A stretch of 64,000 nt of DNA from an uncultured Planctomycetota bacterium (GTDB lineage Bacteria; Planctomycetota; Planctomycetia; Gemmatales; Gemmataceae): NCBI GenBank assembly GCA_963849325.1, contig CAWKHF010000010.1:448001-512000 (forward strand). Direction: 5' to 3'. Position numbers and translations under genes: made by a program. The notes beneath the pieces are model-generated. The model was not told the origin of the DNA and searched no databases. It worked only from the letters and a program-made list of their open reading frames with translations. Below, piece by piece: positions 35,219-47,607 of the stretch. How positions within the stretch are numbered: position 1 is the stretch's first letter; each line of letters opens with the position of its first letter.

Positions 35219-36568
35219 CTAGGACAGCTTGGCGAAGACCTCGGAGACTTTGACGGAGCGTGCCGACCAGGCCGGCACGATGCTGCCGGCCAGGGCCGAG
35301 GCGCCGCCGATCAGCGGTCCCCACCACAAGGCGGCGCGCGGGATGCGAAAGGCCGGGAAAAAACCGATCGGGAACTTGATGCCGCCGAGCACCTCGTTGA
35401 CGAACAGGTACGTACTGCCGGCGCTGACGAAGCCGGACAGGACGCCGATCAGGATGGCCTCGGCCAGCACCATGAGCATGATCTGCGTCGGTCCGAAGCC
35501 GAGTACCTTGAGCACCGCCATCTCGAGGCGGCGCTCGCGCACGCTGATGCTGATGGCCGTGGCGATGACCAGGGCCAGAGTGGCGGCGATGGCAGGCACC
35601 AGGTACAGCTTCACCCATTTCAGCAGGTCGCGGTAGGCGTCGAGGAACGAGGCGATGCCGGAGGAGGCCGTCTCGACCTTGACGGCCGGGTCGGTGTACG
35701 CCGGCGAATGAAGGATCTGTTCGGCGATGCGGTTGTAGGCGGCCGTGTCCGGCACTTTGAGCCAGACCAGGTTGAGCGTCTTCTTGGCCAGCGGGTGCGG
35801 CTTGCCGTTTTTCTTTTCGTAGGCGTCCAGGGCGTTGTTGAGCCGATCGCGGTTCATGACGGCCAGCTGGTTCATGCCGCCGTCGGGGAAGGTGGCGTAG
35901 ATCTCGCAGTCGTCCAGGTTGATGCCGGGATAATTCATGCCGAACAAGGAGATGCGTTCACCGACCTTCTTGTTCATCGACTTGAGGCGTTCGATGCCGA
36001 CGATAATGCGACGCGGGTCTTCCTCCAGCGCCTTGACGGCGACCTGCAAGTCCTGCTCTTCTCGCGGCGTCATGTGATCGGAGATGTCGAGCATGGTCAG
36101 CGCTTTGCTCGGCTCCATGCAGAAGAAGAATACCAGACTTTCCCGAGTTTTCTTCTCGTCGAGTGTGGCGCCGTAGAACTGCCAGGTCATGTGATCCTGC
36201 GGCCGGATGTCGCCGGGTTTGGAGGCGGCACCTTCCTGGAGGCTGGCGGCGTAGGAGTACGGCATCTGGCTGGGGATCTGCCAGCGCTCCGTGACGATGC
36301 ACTTGAAGTCCTTGCTGCGCTCCGTCGTCACCAGGTTGAGCAGCCACAGGACGCTCAGGATGAGAGTGAGGATGAGCACGAGCAGGAACGTGGCCGTGCC
36401 GGTCAACAGAGTGCGCAGCGGATTGCGGGCCAGGCTCTTGACGACGAGTCGGACGTAAGGAGCATGGACGAAGGCCAGCACGAGCAGGAGCAGGAACGCG
36501 GCCACGCCGAGGACGTTCCAGGGGCTATCGAGGAAGGCCATCAAGTAGTCATCGAGGACGCGCGGCAT
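35219..36568 (-). CDS. ABC transporter permease (MacB/FtsX family)
   Basis: KSLARNPLRTLLT, SISVRERRLEMAVLKVLGF. Confidence 0.9.
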   Translation of the reverse strand: MPRVLDDYLMAFLDSPWNVLGVAAFLLLLVLAFVHAPYVRLVVKSLARNPLRTLLTGTATFLLVLILTLILSVLWLLNLVTTERSKDFKCIVTERWQIPSQMPYSYAASLQEGAASKPGDIRPQDHMTWQFYGATLDEKKTRESLVFFFCMEPSKALTMLDISDHMTPREEQDLQVAVKALEEDPRRIIVGIERLKSMNKKVGERISLFGMNYPGINLDDCEIYATFPDGGMNQLAVMNRDRLNNALDAYEKKNGKPHPLAKKTLNLVWLKVPDTAAYNRIAEQILHSPAYTDPAVKVETASSGIASFLDAYRDLLKWVKLYLVPAIAATLALVIATAISISVRERRLEMAVLKVLGFGPTQIMLMVLAEAILIGVLSGFVSAGSTYLFVNEVLGGIKFPIGFFPAFRIPRAALWWGPLIGGASALAGSIVPAWSARSVKVSEVFAKLS

Positions 36569-36579
36569 GGAAATGTTTT

Positions 36580-36609
36580 ATCCGTGTTTATCTGTGTTCA
36601 TCCGTGGTT
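36580..36609. repeat. 10-mer tandem repeat overlapping the ATPase stop codon
   Basis: atccgtgttt-atctgtgttc-atccgtggtt. Confidence 0.7.
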
Positions 36610-37298
36610 AATTGTTCTTCGTTTTCAACGACGAGACGGCCCTTGTCCAGGTGCAGAACGCGCTCGGCGCGGGCGGCGGCGCGCGGATCGTGCGTCACCA
36701 TCAGGATCGTCTTGACTAGGCTCTTTTGCAGGGCGACCAGCAAGTTGAGAATGTCCTCGGCCGAGCGGGCGTCGAGGTCGCCGGTCGGCTCGTCGGCAAC
36801 GAGGATGGTCGGGTCGGTGACGATGGCGCGAGCGATGCCGACGCGCTGCTGCTGGCCGCCGGAGAGTTGGCCGGGCCGGTGTCTCAGGCGGTTGGACAGC
36901 CCCACCAGGTCCAGTGCCGTCATCACCTGCCGGCGCCGCTGCGACGCGGACAGCGGCAACAGCAGCAGCGGCAGCTCCACGTTCTCGTAGGCGGTGAGCA
37001 CCGACAACAAATGGTAGAACTGAAAGACGAAGCCGACGTGCCGCGTGCGCCAGGCGGCCAGGCGTCCCTCGCTCATGCCGCTGATGATCTGGTCGCCGAC
37101 GCGGATCGTACCGCCGCTGGGCGAGTCCAGGCCGGCGATCAGGTTGAGCAGTGTCGTCTTGCCCGAACCGCTCGGACCCATCAGCGCCAAAAACTCGCCC
37201 TCCGGCACGTCCAGGTTCAGGCCGTTGAGCACGTCGATTTGTTCGCTGCCGCGACGGAAATACTTGTGAAGATCGCTGACCTGGACGATCGGTTGCAT
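36588..37298 (-). CDS. ABC transporter ATP-binding protein (LolD/MacB type)
   Basis: GPSGSGKT, LSGGQQQR, VADEPTG, MVTHD. Confidence 0.95.
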   Translation of the reverse strand: MQPIVQVSDLHKYFRRGSEQIDVLNGLNLDVPEGEFLALMGPSGSGKTTLLNLIAGLDSPSGGTIRVGDQIISGMSEGRLAAWRTRHVGFVFQFYHLLSVLTAYENVELPLLLLPLSASQRRRQVMTALDLVGLSNRLRHRPGQLSGGQQQRVGIARAIVTDPTILVADEPTGDLDARSAEDILNLLVALQKSLVKTILMVTHDPRAAARAERVLHLDKGRLVVENEEQLTTDEHR

Positions 37299-37312
37299 GC
37301 GTCAAACCTCGC

Positions 37313-37371
37313 ACAAGCCCGGAGCGCCAGCGACGGGTTGAGACAACCCGTCGCTAGTGCTCCGGACTTGT
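37313..37371. repeat. REP-like hairpin (AGCCCGGAGCGCCAGCGACGGG family)
   Basis: acaagcccggagcgccagcgacgggttg-aga-caacccgtcgctagtgctccggacttgt. Confidence 0.85.
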
Positions 37372-37379
37372 CGAACCTT

Positions 37380-38594
37380 CTACTTGTTCGTCTTGCGGAA
37401 CGACACGAGGACGCTCATCTCCGGCTTGAGGACCGTGCCGATTTCGTCGTCGGGGAGTTCCTCGACCTTGACGCGGACGTTGATGGCCCCCTTGGAGCGG
37501 TCGGCGATGGGCATCAAGCGGATGACGCGGCCATCGTAACCGTGCGGATGACGGCGGCGGAACGGCTCGTGATTCTGGAACGCCTCGGGCATGACCGTGC
37601 AGGGCTGGCCCTTCTCGACGCGCGCGATGTCGCGTTCCTGAACGGACAGGTCAATCTCCAGATCGCCGAGGTCGGCCATCTCGCACAGGCTGGACGAGAT
37701 GGTGAAGGCCAGCGGGTTGACGACGTTGCCCTTCTCGGCCTTCTTGGTGAGGATGTGGCCGGAGATGGGCGCCTTGATGTCGCAGTTATCCAGGCGCCAC
37801 TTGGCCCGGATGGCGTCGGCCTTGGCGGCTTCCCAGTCGGCGCGGGCCGCTTTCTGACGCTCCTCGCGCGGCCCTTTCTTCATGAGGTCATAGGCAAAAC
37901 GCAGGCGATCAACGCGGCGTTTCATGGCGTCGTGGGTGAATTTCACCTGCTCGAACTCCTTGGGCGATAGGGCCGTGGTGCCGGCGAGGCGCTCGCTGCG
38001 GCGCAGGTCCAATTCGAGTTGACGCAGCGTCGCCTCGGACTCGCGCAGCTCGTTGTGGGCCGCTTCGATCTCCTCCGGACGATTGCACAGCGATTCCTTG
38101 TACTTCTGCTCGGCGGCGTCGCGGGCGGCAACGGCGTGGTCGTAATCGGCCTGGTAATCGTCTTTCTCCAGGCGGGCGAGTATCTCTCCCGCCTTGAAGA
38201 ATCGCCCCTCCTCGAAGCGCGGATTCAACTCGAGAATCATGCCGCCGACCTTGGGGCTGACCTGGACTTGATGCGCGGGAACGACATAGCCCTTGGCTTG
38301 CAGGACCACCTCGCCGGACGAGGCCACCGACGCGGCGGGTGTCGGCGATGCGGCGGGAGTGTCGGTGTCGGCAGTCGGTGTTGTCGGTGTCGGGGCCAGC
38401 GCGCCGACGCGATAAGCCCGGTAGCCGAACGCGGAAGTAGTCAGCAGAAGGATGACGCACAAGGCCCAGGGTAGCACGGCCGTTCGCGGCGTCGCCGCCG
38501 GCTGCCGTCCCAGGCGGAGGGAGAGGACTCGATCATTCAGCGCGGCGGCACCGTTCTCAGTAGGAGGACGTTTCAGTTCGCTGCTATTCATCAT
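37380..38594 (-). CDS. HlyD/MacA-type periplasmic adaptor
   Basis: N-terminal TM, VSPKVGG, coiled coil, IKAPISG, LKPEMSV. Confidence 0.9.
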   Translation of the reverse strand: MMNSSELKRPPTENGAAALNDRVLSLRLGRQPAATPRTAVLPWALCVILLLTTSAFGYRAYRVGALAPTPTTPTADTDTPAASPTPAASVASSGEVVLQAKGYVVPAHQVQVSPKVGGMILELNPRFEEGRFFKAGEILARLEKDDYQADYDHAVAARDAAEQKYKESLCNRPEEIEAAHNELRESEATLRQLELDLRRSERLAGTTALSPKEFEQVKFTHDAMKRRVDRLRFAYDLMKKGPREERQKAARADWEAAKADAIRAKWRLDNCDIKAPISGHILTKKAEKGNVVNPLAFTISSSLCEMADLGDLEIDLSVQERDIARVEKGQPCTVMPEAFQNHEPFRRRHPHGYDGRVIRLMPIADRSKGAINVRVKVEELPDDEIGTVLKPEMSVLVSFRKTNK

Positions 38595-38940
38595 GACTCA
38601 CCTGAGGCGCCGCGCTCGGCGGCGCGGCGTCTACCTCTTCTTCGTCTGTCGGTCGCCGAAATTGCCGCGAAAGTCCGCGTCCAAGCTCGGATCGGAACTT
38701 TTAGAGACTCCACCAGTTATAGCCCGGCTGGAGTCGGGAAGTCAAGTCGGGGCCCGCAGCGTCCACGAGGGGGGCAGGTTCCCTCGCGGACACAGCGGGC
38801 TCCGCTGGGAAACGTCCCCACCTTCGTTTTTCGCTCCCTCTTCCAGCCATACAATGCCCACACGGCCGAGCATGGCGGAGAGTCTCCGTTGGCACCTTGG
38901 TCCCGCGTTCGTCGCCATTTCCTTTGTGGACAGGAGAAAC

Positions 38941-41900
38941 ATGAACGTGTCCTTGACCAGTCGCACCTTCGTCCGCGTCCTCTTCGCTCTGTCAACCCTT
39001 TTGACGCCGATCGGCATGACGGCGGCGCACGCCGAGGAAACCAAGGGCGGCCCGCCGGAGTTCAAGCGGCTCAAGTTCCGCTCGATCGGCCCGGCGGCGG
39101 GCGGTCGTGTCTGCCGCGTCGCCGGCGTTCCCGGCGATCCGCTCACCTGTTACGCCGCCACGGCGGCCAGCGGACTGTGGAAGTCCAGCGATGGCGGCAT
39201 CCGCTGGAAGCCGATTTTCGACGATCAGTCCACCTCGACGATCGGTTCCCTGGCCGTCGCGCCGTCCGATCCGAACGTCCTCTACGCCGGCTCCGGCGAG
39301 GCCAACATCCGCGGCAACATCGAGGTCGGCGACGGCATCTACAAGTCCGTCGATGCCGGCAAGACCTGGAAACACGTCTGGACGCAGGAAGGTCAAATCG
39401 GCACCCTGATCGTTCATCCGGCCAACCCCGACATCGCCTACGCGGCGGTGCTCGGCCACGCCTTCGGACCCAACCCGGAGCGCGGCATCTATCGCACCAC
39501 GGACGGCGGCAACAATTGGCAGCGCGTGCTTACCAAGGACGCCGACACCGGCGCCTCCGACGTCTGCTTCGATCCGTCCAACCCGAAGGTGTTGTTCGCC
39601 GGTCTGTGGCAGGCACGACGGCGGCCGTGGGAATTGGTCAGCGGCGGGCCGGGCAGCGGCCTGTACACGTCCCGCGACGGCGGCGACACCTGGACGCAGC
39701 TTGTACCGCCGCCGGCGGACGATGCGCCCAACGTCGGCGCCGAGGCGCCGAAAGGCAAGAAGTATGCCAAGGGACTTCCCGCAGGTATCTGGGGCAAGGT
39801 TGGCGTGGCCGTGGCGCCCTCCGACGGCCGCCGCGTCTACGCCCTCATCGAGGCCGACAAGGGCGGACTATTTCGCAGCGATGACGGCGGCGATTCCTGG
39901 AAGCTCGTCAGCGACCACCGCGTCCTCCGCCAGCGCGCTTCTATTACTCCACTCTCACTGTCGATCCGCGCCACCCCGATGTCCTCTGGTGTCCGCAAGT
40001 GCCGCTGCTCAAAAGCATCGACGGCGGCAAGACCTTCCAGCGCGTCAAGGGCACTCACCACGGCGATCATCACGACATCTGGATCGATCCGAAAGATCCA
40101 CGCCGTATTCTCGACGGCAACGACGGCGGCGTGGACGTCTCCAGCAATGGCGGCGAAACCTGGTTCGCTCCGCCACTACCGTGGGGCCAGTTCTATCACA
40201 TCAGCGTGGACAACCGCATCCCCTACCACGTCGCCGGCACCATGCAGGACATCGGCACCGGCTCCGGCCCGAGCAACAGCCTGTCCACGGCCGGCATCGT
40301 TCCGAACGATTGGCACCCCGTCGGCGGCGGCGAGACCGGCTTTACCGTGTCGGACCCCATCGACCACAACATCGTCTATGCCGGCGAATACGGCGGTTAC
40401 ATCTCGCGCTACGACCACCGCACGCGCCAGGCCCGCAGCGTTGGCGTCTACCCCTTCAACCCGTCCGGCCACGAACCGGCGAGCCTGAAATACCGCTTCC
40501 AATGGACCGCTCCAATCCTCCTGTCGCCGCACGATCATCGCCTCGTCTATCACGCCGCCAACGTCCTCTTTCGGACCAACGATGGCGGCCGACGCTGGAC
40601 GCCGATCAGTCCCGACCTGACGCGCAACGATCGCGGCAAGCAGAAGTGGTCCGGCGGCCCCATCACCGGCGACAACACCGGCGTCGAGGTCTACGGCACC
40701 ATTTACGCCCTCGCCGAGTCTCCCAAGCGGAAGGGCGTCCTGTGGGCCGGCAGCGACGACGGTCTGGTCCACGTCTCGGCCGATGGCGGCGGGAGTTGGA
40801 GCAACGTCACGGTCAACGTCAAGGGGTTGCCGGAGTGGGGCACGGTTCGCTGCATCGAGCCGTCGCCCTTCGATGCGGCCGCCGCCTACCTCGTCGTGGA
40901 TGCGCACAAGCGCGACGATCGTCGGCCATACCTGTTCAAGACGAGCGATTTCGGCAAGACGTGGACCAGTCTCGTTGTCGAGGGCACGGTAATGGCCGAC
41001 CGCGGCCGAGGACCGGAGAAAGTCACGCGCAACGGGCTGTTTGCCGATGCCTCTTTGCACGTCGTCCGCGTTGATCCACGGCGACCGGGCTTGCTTTATC
41101 TCGGCGGTGAGCGCGGCCTCTCGGTGTCGTGGAACGACGGCTCGACCTGGACGCCGCTGCGGCTCAACCTGCCGACCGTCACCGTCACCGACCTGATCGT
41201 CAAGCACGATGACCTGGTAGTCGGCACCAACGGCCGTTCCGTGTGGGTCCTCGACGACCTGACGCCATTGCGTCAGCGACAGCCGGCCATCCGCGACAAG
41301 GCCGTTTTCCTGTACCCGGTCCAGCCGGTGGTGCGCTATCGTTATCACACGCCGCTGGGTGAAAAGAAGCCGCTCGGGGCTGGTCAGAACCCACCGCAGG
41401 GGGCGATTGTGCATTACTACCTCAAGGAGAAGCCGGCCGGCGACATCACCCTGGAGATCCTCGATGATCGCGGCGCCCGCGTGGCGCGGCTGACGAGCAG
41501 AAAGGAGCCGGAAGAGAAGCCGGAGGATGTCGATTCTTCCAGCGACAAGTACAAGAAAACGGTGCTGCCCGTCGAGCCGGGCCTGCATCGCATCCACTGG
41601 GACCTGCACTACGATGGTGCCGAGATCATCAAAGGCGCCAAGGTCGATAGCGGCGAGGCGAAGAAGGGGCCGCTGGTCAACCCTGGCGTCTACACGCTGA
41701 AATTAACCGCAGGCGGACAGGCGCTCACGACCAGCCTGGAAGTGCTGCCCGATCCACGCACCGTTCCCGATGAGGTGTGGACGCGGACGGCGGCGAAGTT
41801 GGCCGAGACCGACCAGCCGTTGACGCCGGAGGCCATTCTGCGCCGCGTGCGAGTGCCCGAGCAGACGGCGGAGCTGAAGGAGCAGATCGAGCTGACCCTG

Positions 41901-42347
41901 AAGATCCGCGACGACATCACCAGCCTGAGCCGCACGGTCGAACAGCTCCGCGCAGTCAAGGGGCAGCTCGTGGCGCGCAACGGTTTGCTCAAGGACGACA
42001 CTCGGACGGCATCGCTGGTCAAGGCATCGCGCGAATTGCTGACTCGGCTCGACGCCCTGGAAGAAAAGCTGCACAACCCAAAGGCCAAGATCGCCTACGA
42101 CATTCTCGCCCAGAAGGGCGGCGCCCGGCTGTACTCTCAACTGACGTGGCTGTTCGAGATGAGCAAGGACAGCGATGGAGCGCCGACGCAAGGACTCCGC
42201 GAGGTCTTCGCCGAGCAGGACCAACTCTTGCGCAAGTATCAGGAAGAGTGGCATGCGTTGGCGGCCAAGGACCTGGCCGCGCTGAACGAACAGGCGAAAA
42301 GGCTCGACGTGCCCGTGGTCATCATCCCGCCCGCTCCAGCGAAATAG
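38941..42347 (+). CDS. Secreted VPS10/BNR-repeat beta-propeller glycosyl hydrolase-like protein, frameshift ~39938
   Basis: RSIGPAAGGR, many Asp-box repeats (SxDGGxTW), HGDHHDIW, QFYH, NLPTV; RBS AGGAG. Confidence 0.88.
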
Positions 42348-42368
42348 GAGGGACCGTGTGAAATGGTT

Positions 42369-43742
42369 TCAGGCGGCACGCGGAAGAAGGAGGGCGGAGA
42401 CGGGTCCGTTCGCGGGGCGACGCAGCAGGACGACGAGGGCGGCCAGCAGGTCGAGATATGCCAGCACGAACGCCCCATACACCTGGGCTTGCTTGGCGAA
42501 GAGCTGGTACAAATGCCGCGGATCGACGGCGCCGTCCGGAACGGCGGTGCTCGTGGTGGCGATGAGCAGCATCGACACCGCCAGAGAGCCGATCAGGTAG
42601 GCGCGCAGCCCTTTGCCCGGCGCGCACGTCGCCAGGTGATAGCAGATCACCGCGAAGGGCAGCAGCAGCGTTACGCAGTGGTGCTTCCACGTCCGTTCGC
42701 TGAACAGCAACATGCCCAGCAGGACGATGCTGAACTCGGCGCTCAGCCGCCAACCGTCGCGCGACGTCGTCGGCGTCCGGCACGACCAGACGACCAGCAA
42801 GGCGAACAGACCCATGCAACCCTTGACCAGCCACCGCGCCGCGCCGGGGCTGAGGTCGAGCAGGTTGTCGTAGTGCGTCGGCGTGTATTGATTGTGGACG
42901 TAGGTGGAGAACGAGGGACTGTGCGTGGCCAGCCGCGCCACCAGGCCGGGCAGCGACTGATTGTGATGCTCGCTGGTGACCTTCCCTTCGATGACGAACG
43001 GATACACCATGTCGTAATACCAGCTGACCAGGTGCTTCTCATTGCGTTCCCCACCCATGAGGAGAGCGGGGACGACGCCCGGCCACAGGAAGAGGACGAG
43101 TCCGGCCGCACAGCTGCCGAGCGCTTTCCAGGAGCGCTTCCACACGAGATAGGGCACGAACAGGGCCGGCGTCACCTTGCAGGCGATGGCCAGGCCGAGG
43201 ACGATTCCCGCCAGGACGTTGCGCTTACGGTGATACGCGCTCAGGGCGGCAACCACCAGAAAGAGGATGAACAGGTTGACGTTGCCGTGTTGCAGGTCGC
43301 TCATGATCGGCCGCAGTGCCAGCAGGACCGTGACGCCCTTGGCCCACAGGGGAAAGGGATGGCCGCGCTGGGCAACAAACTGGAAGACCCAACGGAAGGC
43401 CAGCAGAGTCAGTCCGGCCTTGATGTAGAACCAGCACAGGGCGGCCAACGTCGAGGCCGCGTGTTCGGATAGTCCTAGCCGCTGGGCCGTCTCGGGCAGT
43501 CGAGCCAGGGGATAGAGCAAGAGGGCCATGATGGGCGGGTTGGGATAGTTGTAGCGCTGGGCGATGTCCACGCCGTTGCCCAGGTCGCTGATCTGCGGCT
43601 GCCAACGCTGAAAAGCGGAACCGCCCCGCCACGCCTTCAGGCCGTAAGGGATGCCCAGGAGCACGAAGAAGAGCACGAGGACGAGCACGAAGCCGCGCTG
43701 TCCGGCCTGCGACGCAGGCGACGAGAGGGGGAACGTTTTCAT
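42369..43742 (-). CDS. GT87 / DUF2029 membrane glycosyltransferase
   Basis: YNYPNPP, HGNVNLF, LAIACKVTP, NQSL, TWKHH. Confidence 0.82.
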   Translation of the reverse strand: MKTFPLSSPASQAGQRGFVLVLVLFFVLLGIPYGLKAWRGGSAFQRWQPQISDLGNGVDIAQRYNYPNPPIMALLLYPLARLPETAQRLGLSEHAASTLAALCWFYIKAGLTLLAFRWVFQFVAQRGHPFPLWAKGVTVLLALRPIMSDLQHGNVNLFILFLVVAALSAYHRKRNVLAGIVLGLAIACKVTPALFVPYLVWKRSWKALGSCAAGLVLFLWPGVVPALLMGGERNEKHLVSWYYDMVYPFVIEGKVTSEHHNQSLPGLVARLATHSPSFSTYVHNQYTPTHYDNLLDLSPGAARWLVKGCMGLFALLVVWSCRTPTTSRDGWRLSAEFSIVLLGMLLFSERTWKHHCVTLLLPFAVICYHLATCAPGKGLRAYLIGSLAVSMLLIATTSTAVPDGAVDPRHLYQLFAKQAQVYGAFVLAYLDLLAALVVLLRRPANGPVSALLLPRAA

Positions 43743-43867
43743 GCGACTGCGCATCCTTGCACGGCGAGCGGAAGATCCCCCGGACGACGCGCCGGGAGGG
43801 TCGGCGCCCACTGTAACCGGGTCCAGTCCTCCGCGGCAAGGCGAGTCCAAAGACACGATTTCCCTAT

Positions 43868-43908
43868 TAGCCCGGAGCGCCAGCGACGGGTTCGCATAAC
43901 CCGTCGCT
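43868..43908. repeat. Truncated REP-like hairpin, same family as 37313
   Basis: tagcccggagcgccagcgacgggtt-cgcat-aacccgtcgct; right arm ends next to the neighbouring stop codon. Confidence 0.8.
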
Positions 43909-43909
43909 C

Positions 43910-46900
43910 TTATTCGTCCGGCACTTCGCCAACGGAGACGTAACGGGGAGGCAAGGTCTCGGGATGGCGCGGCGGCGTGCGCAGCTCGACGAGGCGGCGT
44001 TTGGCGGCGGGGGCCGCGTCCGAGAGCACTTGTCCCACGCGCACGCGCAGCGCCCATACGTCTTGCGGCTTGAGCCGGGCGAAGTGGATCACACCGGCGT
44101 CCTCGCCGACGAAGCCGGTGCCCTTGCGCACCGCCGCCAGCCGCAGCGCCTCGCGCACGCGCTGGCCCAGCGCCCAGCGCGGTTCGCCCCGCACCTGCCC
44201 CAGCAGCGTCAGGTACTCCACGTCCTGCTGTCCACGGCGGTACGCCTTCAGACGGATGGAGGGGATCGGCTCGCGCTTCGCGGCGTTGCGGCCGGGATAT
44301 AATAGGGACAGCGGATCGGCCTGCCGCCACGAATTGGCGTTGCCCACCGTCTGCCAGGGTAGAACGCCGTTACTTCCCAGGGTCCACGAATCGAGCGACC
44401 AGCCGACCGGCTGCATGTTGGCGTCCTCGATGGCGTTGCTGCCGGCGTACTCGACCACCAAATCGCCGTTGGACTCCTTGCGATCGAACACGAGCCGGTG
44501 ATACCGCCGCATGGCGCCGCCGATCACGTTGAAGTCGAGCAGGCCGTCGAACGTGTCGCGCTGCCACTCGGGCCGAGAGATGTCGCAGCGAAACACCAGC
44601 TTGGCCCGTCCGGCGCCTGGTTGCGCCCCTCGTGGAAGGCCGTGCCGAAGTAGCGCAGCGCCCAGTAATCCTGGAAACTGGCCGGCTCGTCGAGCAACCA
44701 CGGCGACGAGCCGCGCGACCAGCCCTTGCGTTTGAAATCGACCTTGTTGTTCAGGAACACGTGAAAGAGCGTATCGTGCCACTTCTTCGCCTCGAAGTGC
44801 TCGGCCGTCTGCCGCGATACTTCCACGAAGTTCCGGCGATAGCTGGCCGGGAAGGCGCGGTCGGCCCAGTAGGAGCCGTTGTAGTTGCCGGCCATCGGCG
44901 TGGGCCAATTTTCGTGCATCGGCAGATAGAAGCACTCCAGGGGCACACTGCGGCGCGGCAGATCGGCGAAGGCCGAGCCGTCGAAGTACGACCCGAAACG
45001 ACGGTCCCACGCCGACCAGTCGAGCCGCTGTCCGTCCCAGCCGGGGGCGCAGCCGTCGCTGATCGTGCCGTTCTGCGAATAGGGTACGCGGTTGAGGACA
45101 GTGCGGTGCCGGTGGGCGAGGCGGTAGTAGGTCCGTTCGTTGGCGGGCAGACCGTAGCAATTCATTTCCGGCAAGAAGCTCAGGTAGTCCGGTAACGTGA
45201 AGTCCCAGACGCGGAGCGAGACGTCGAGGGCGAGCGTCTGCCCATCGGCTTCGAGCGCGAGTCGTCCCTTGTAGTCGCCGGGTTTGATGTCGTGCGGCAC
45301 GTACACCTCGGCGTGGAGACTGCCACTCTTTTGCCCTTCGATGTTTTCCCCGTCGGCGGGCACGCTCACGGGGCCGGACAGCGGCACGATGGGATCGGGC
45401 AGCGGTCCCTTTTTCGACCGGACATGATGGTAATTCCCCCAGGCCACTTGAATTTTCGCGGCGTCTTCGCCCTGGAACGTCAGCGTCGGACGCACACCCT
45501 TGATGCGGCCGCGCAGCAGCACCTGGAAGGCGACGAACTCATTGCGGGCCGCGTGGAGGCGAACTTTTTTGTCCTTGGCGCTCCACAGGTGATTGGCGGC
45601 GAGATAACCGTCCGACTGCGGCGGGATCATGGCGCCGGTCACGGGATGGACCTTGTCGAGTTCATCGAGGACGGCGACCTCCGTCTCACCCAGGTGCGGC
45701 AGGGCCGCTGGCTCCGCGAACGGTTGCGGTGTTCGGCCCGGTAGCGGCGCGGCGATCCGGCTCGATACGCGGACCTTGGCCGTCGCCGCCGGGCCGACGT
45801 TGCCGGCGCCGTCCACGGCGCGGACGGCGAACGCCACCTCGGCCCCCGGTGGCAGGGCCAGATCGCGCAGGTGCATTCGCACTCGCTCGCTGGGTTTGCC
45901 GGCCAGCGGAATGAGGTAGCGCGGAACGTCCTTGCCGGCCACGCGGACGAAGAAACCCGTCGTCCCGGCCGGCCCCTCATCGGCCGGCGTCGTCCAGGAT
46001 ACCCACGCTTCGCCGGCCGGTAGATCCTTGACCTCCGAGCGCAGCTCGCCCGGCGTCGCCGGCGGCTGTTTGTCCTCCGCTCCCAGAAACACCGTCAGAT
46101 ACGGAGCGGTCGCCGCTCCCGACTCGCGGCTGTGGATGAAGCGATTGGGGAAGAGGCGAAACTGAAATTGTTCTCCCTGCCGCTTCCACTCCGAGCCGGT
46201 GTCATCGAAGAGAAGGAAGCCATAGCTGATGCCCGCCGTGCGCGCGGCGACGACGGCGGGGTCCACGGCCACGCGCTGCCAACCGCGCTCGTCCGGCGGA
46301 AAGGCGTCGGCCATCCGCCACAGGGTTCCTCCTTCGCCGAGCATGACACTGCACAGGTCGCTGCCCGGCACGGTCCACGGCACATCGGGATGGCGGCGGT
46401 GCCGGTGCGTCGAACTGCCCTTCTGCGGCGCGTAGCGCGGCGAGGTGCCCTCGACCCAATCGCTGCCGAAACTGCCGACGGTGACGCGACGGAGCGGCTG
46501 ATCGCCGGCCAGGTGGACGTGCAGCGTCGCCCCCTGGACGACCCGGCCGCGCAGCGGTTTGGGATCGATGTCGATCAGGCTCATTTCCTGAATCGCCTTC
46601 AGTTTGAGCTGAGCAGCGCCGCCGAGGTTGCAGTCGGCCTCCTGGCCAACGTTGGAGAACCAGGTATCGCGCGTCACCGCCAGGCGCACCGCCGCGCCCA
46701 TCGGCTTACGCACATCGGGCTTCTTCGCCTTCTCGGGAACGGGCGCCGGTAAGCCATCGAGCACGGTTCGTTTGACTTCGGCGATCTTTTTTACCGATAG
46801 CCAACCGCGCAGTAGGTAGCCGCTGTTGCGCAGATCCTCCTCCGTCGGCGCCGACGTGGGCGCGACGCCGTTGACGCCGGCCGTGGGATGGACGTCGTTC

Positions 46901-47607
46901 TTGCCCAGCAGGGTTCCGTTCCAGTCGTCCGGCCGGCGCTTGAGGATTTCCTGTTCGTAGTCGATCAGCGGAATTTGTCGTTCCCTGGCCAGGCGGCGCA
47001 GCGCCTCGTTATAGGATTTCGCCTTCTCCATCTGGCCGGGGTGCGGCGGGATCGTGGACACGATGGGGATGATGCCGCGCTCCAGCATCAAATCGACCGC
47101 CCTGGTCATGTCGGCCTGGTAGGACTCGACGCTGCGCCGGGCCGAGGCGTCGTTGGTGCCGAGCATGAGGACGACCATTTGCGGCTTGTAGGTGTCGAGC
47201 AGCTTGGCGAGCGGCGGCATGTGCTGTTTACCTCCCTCCAGCATCTCATTGATGCGAATGCCGCCGCAAGCCGTGTACGAACGGCCACCGTCAGGATGGT
47301 CGAAACGCGCCAGCCACCAACCGTCCGTATCGTTATCGGCTCCCATGTGCGTCCATTGGAGGATGGCCTTGTCCTCCGCCGTCTTGCCCGCGCCGGCGCG
47401 CGGCCACTGACCATAGGGGTTCGCATACGTGATCGAGTCGCCGACATGAAGAACGACGCCGGGCCGGCCGTGGAACTTGCCGGCCGCTTTCTTCATGGCC
47501 GCGGCGTAGTCCCACGGCTGGGGCAGGGGCTTTTCCTCGCCGCGCACGGACGGAAGGAAAAGAGAGATTGCCAAGAGAAGCAGCATGGTGGTGGAATGGT
47601 TTTTCAT
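43910..47607 (-). CDS. Secreted SGNH/GDSL esterase - beta-sandwich/FN3 - DUF4091 (GH123-like) multidomain enzyme, frameshift ~44605
   Basis: GDSIT, LGTND, DVHP triad; VRAVDGAGNVG (FN3); AARNEFVAFQV, LLDEP, SIRLKAYRRGQQDVEYL. Confidence 0.78.
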
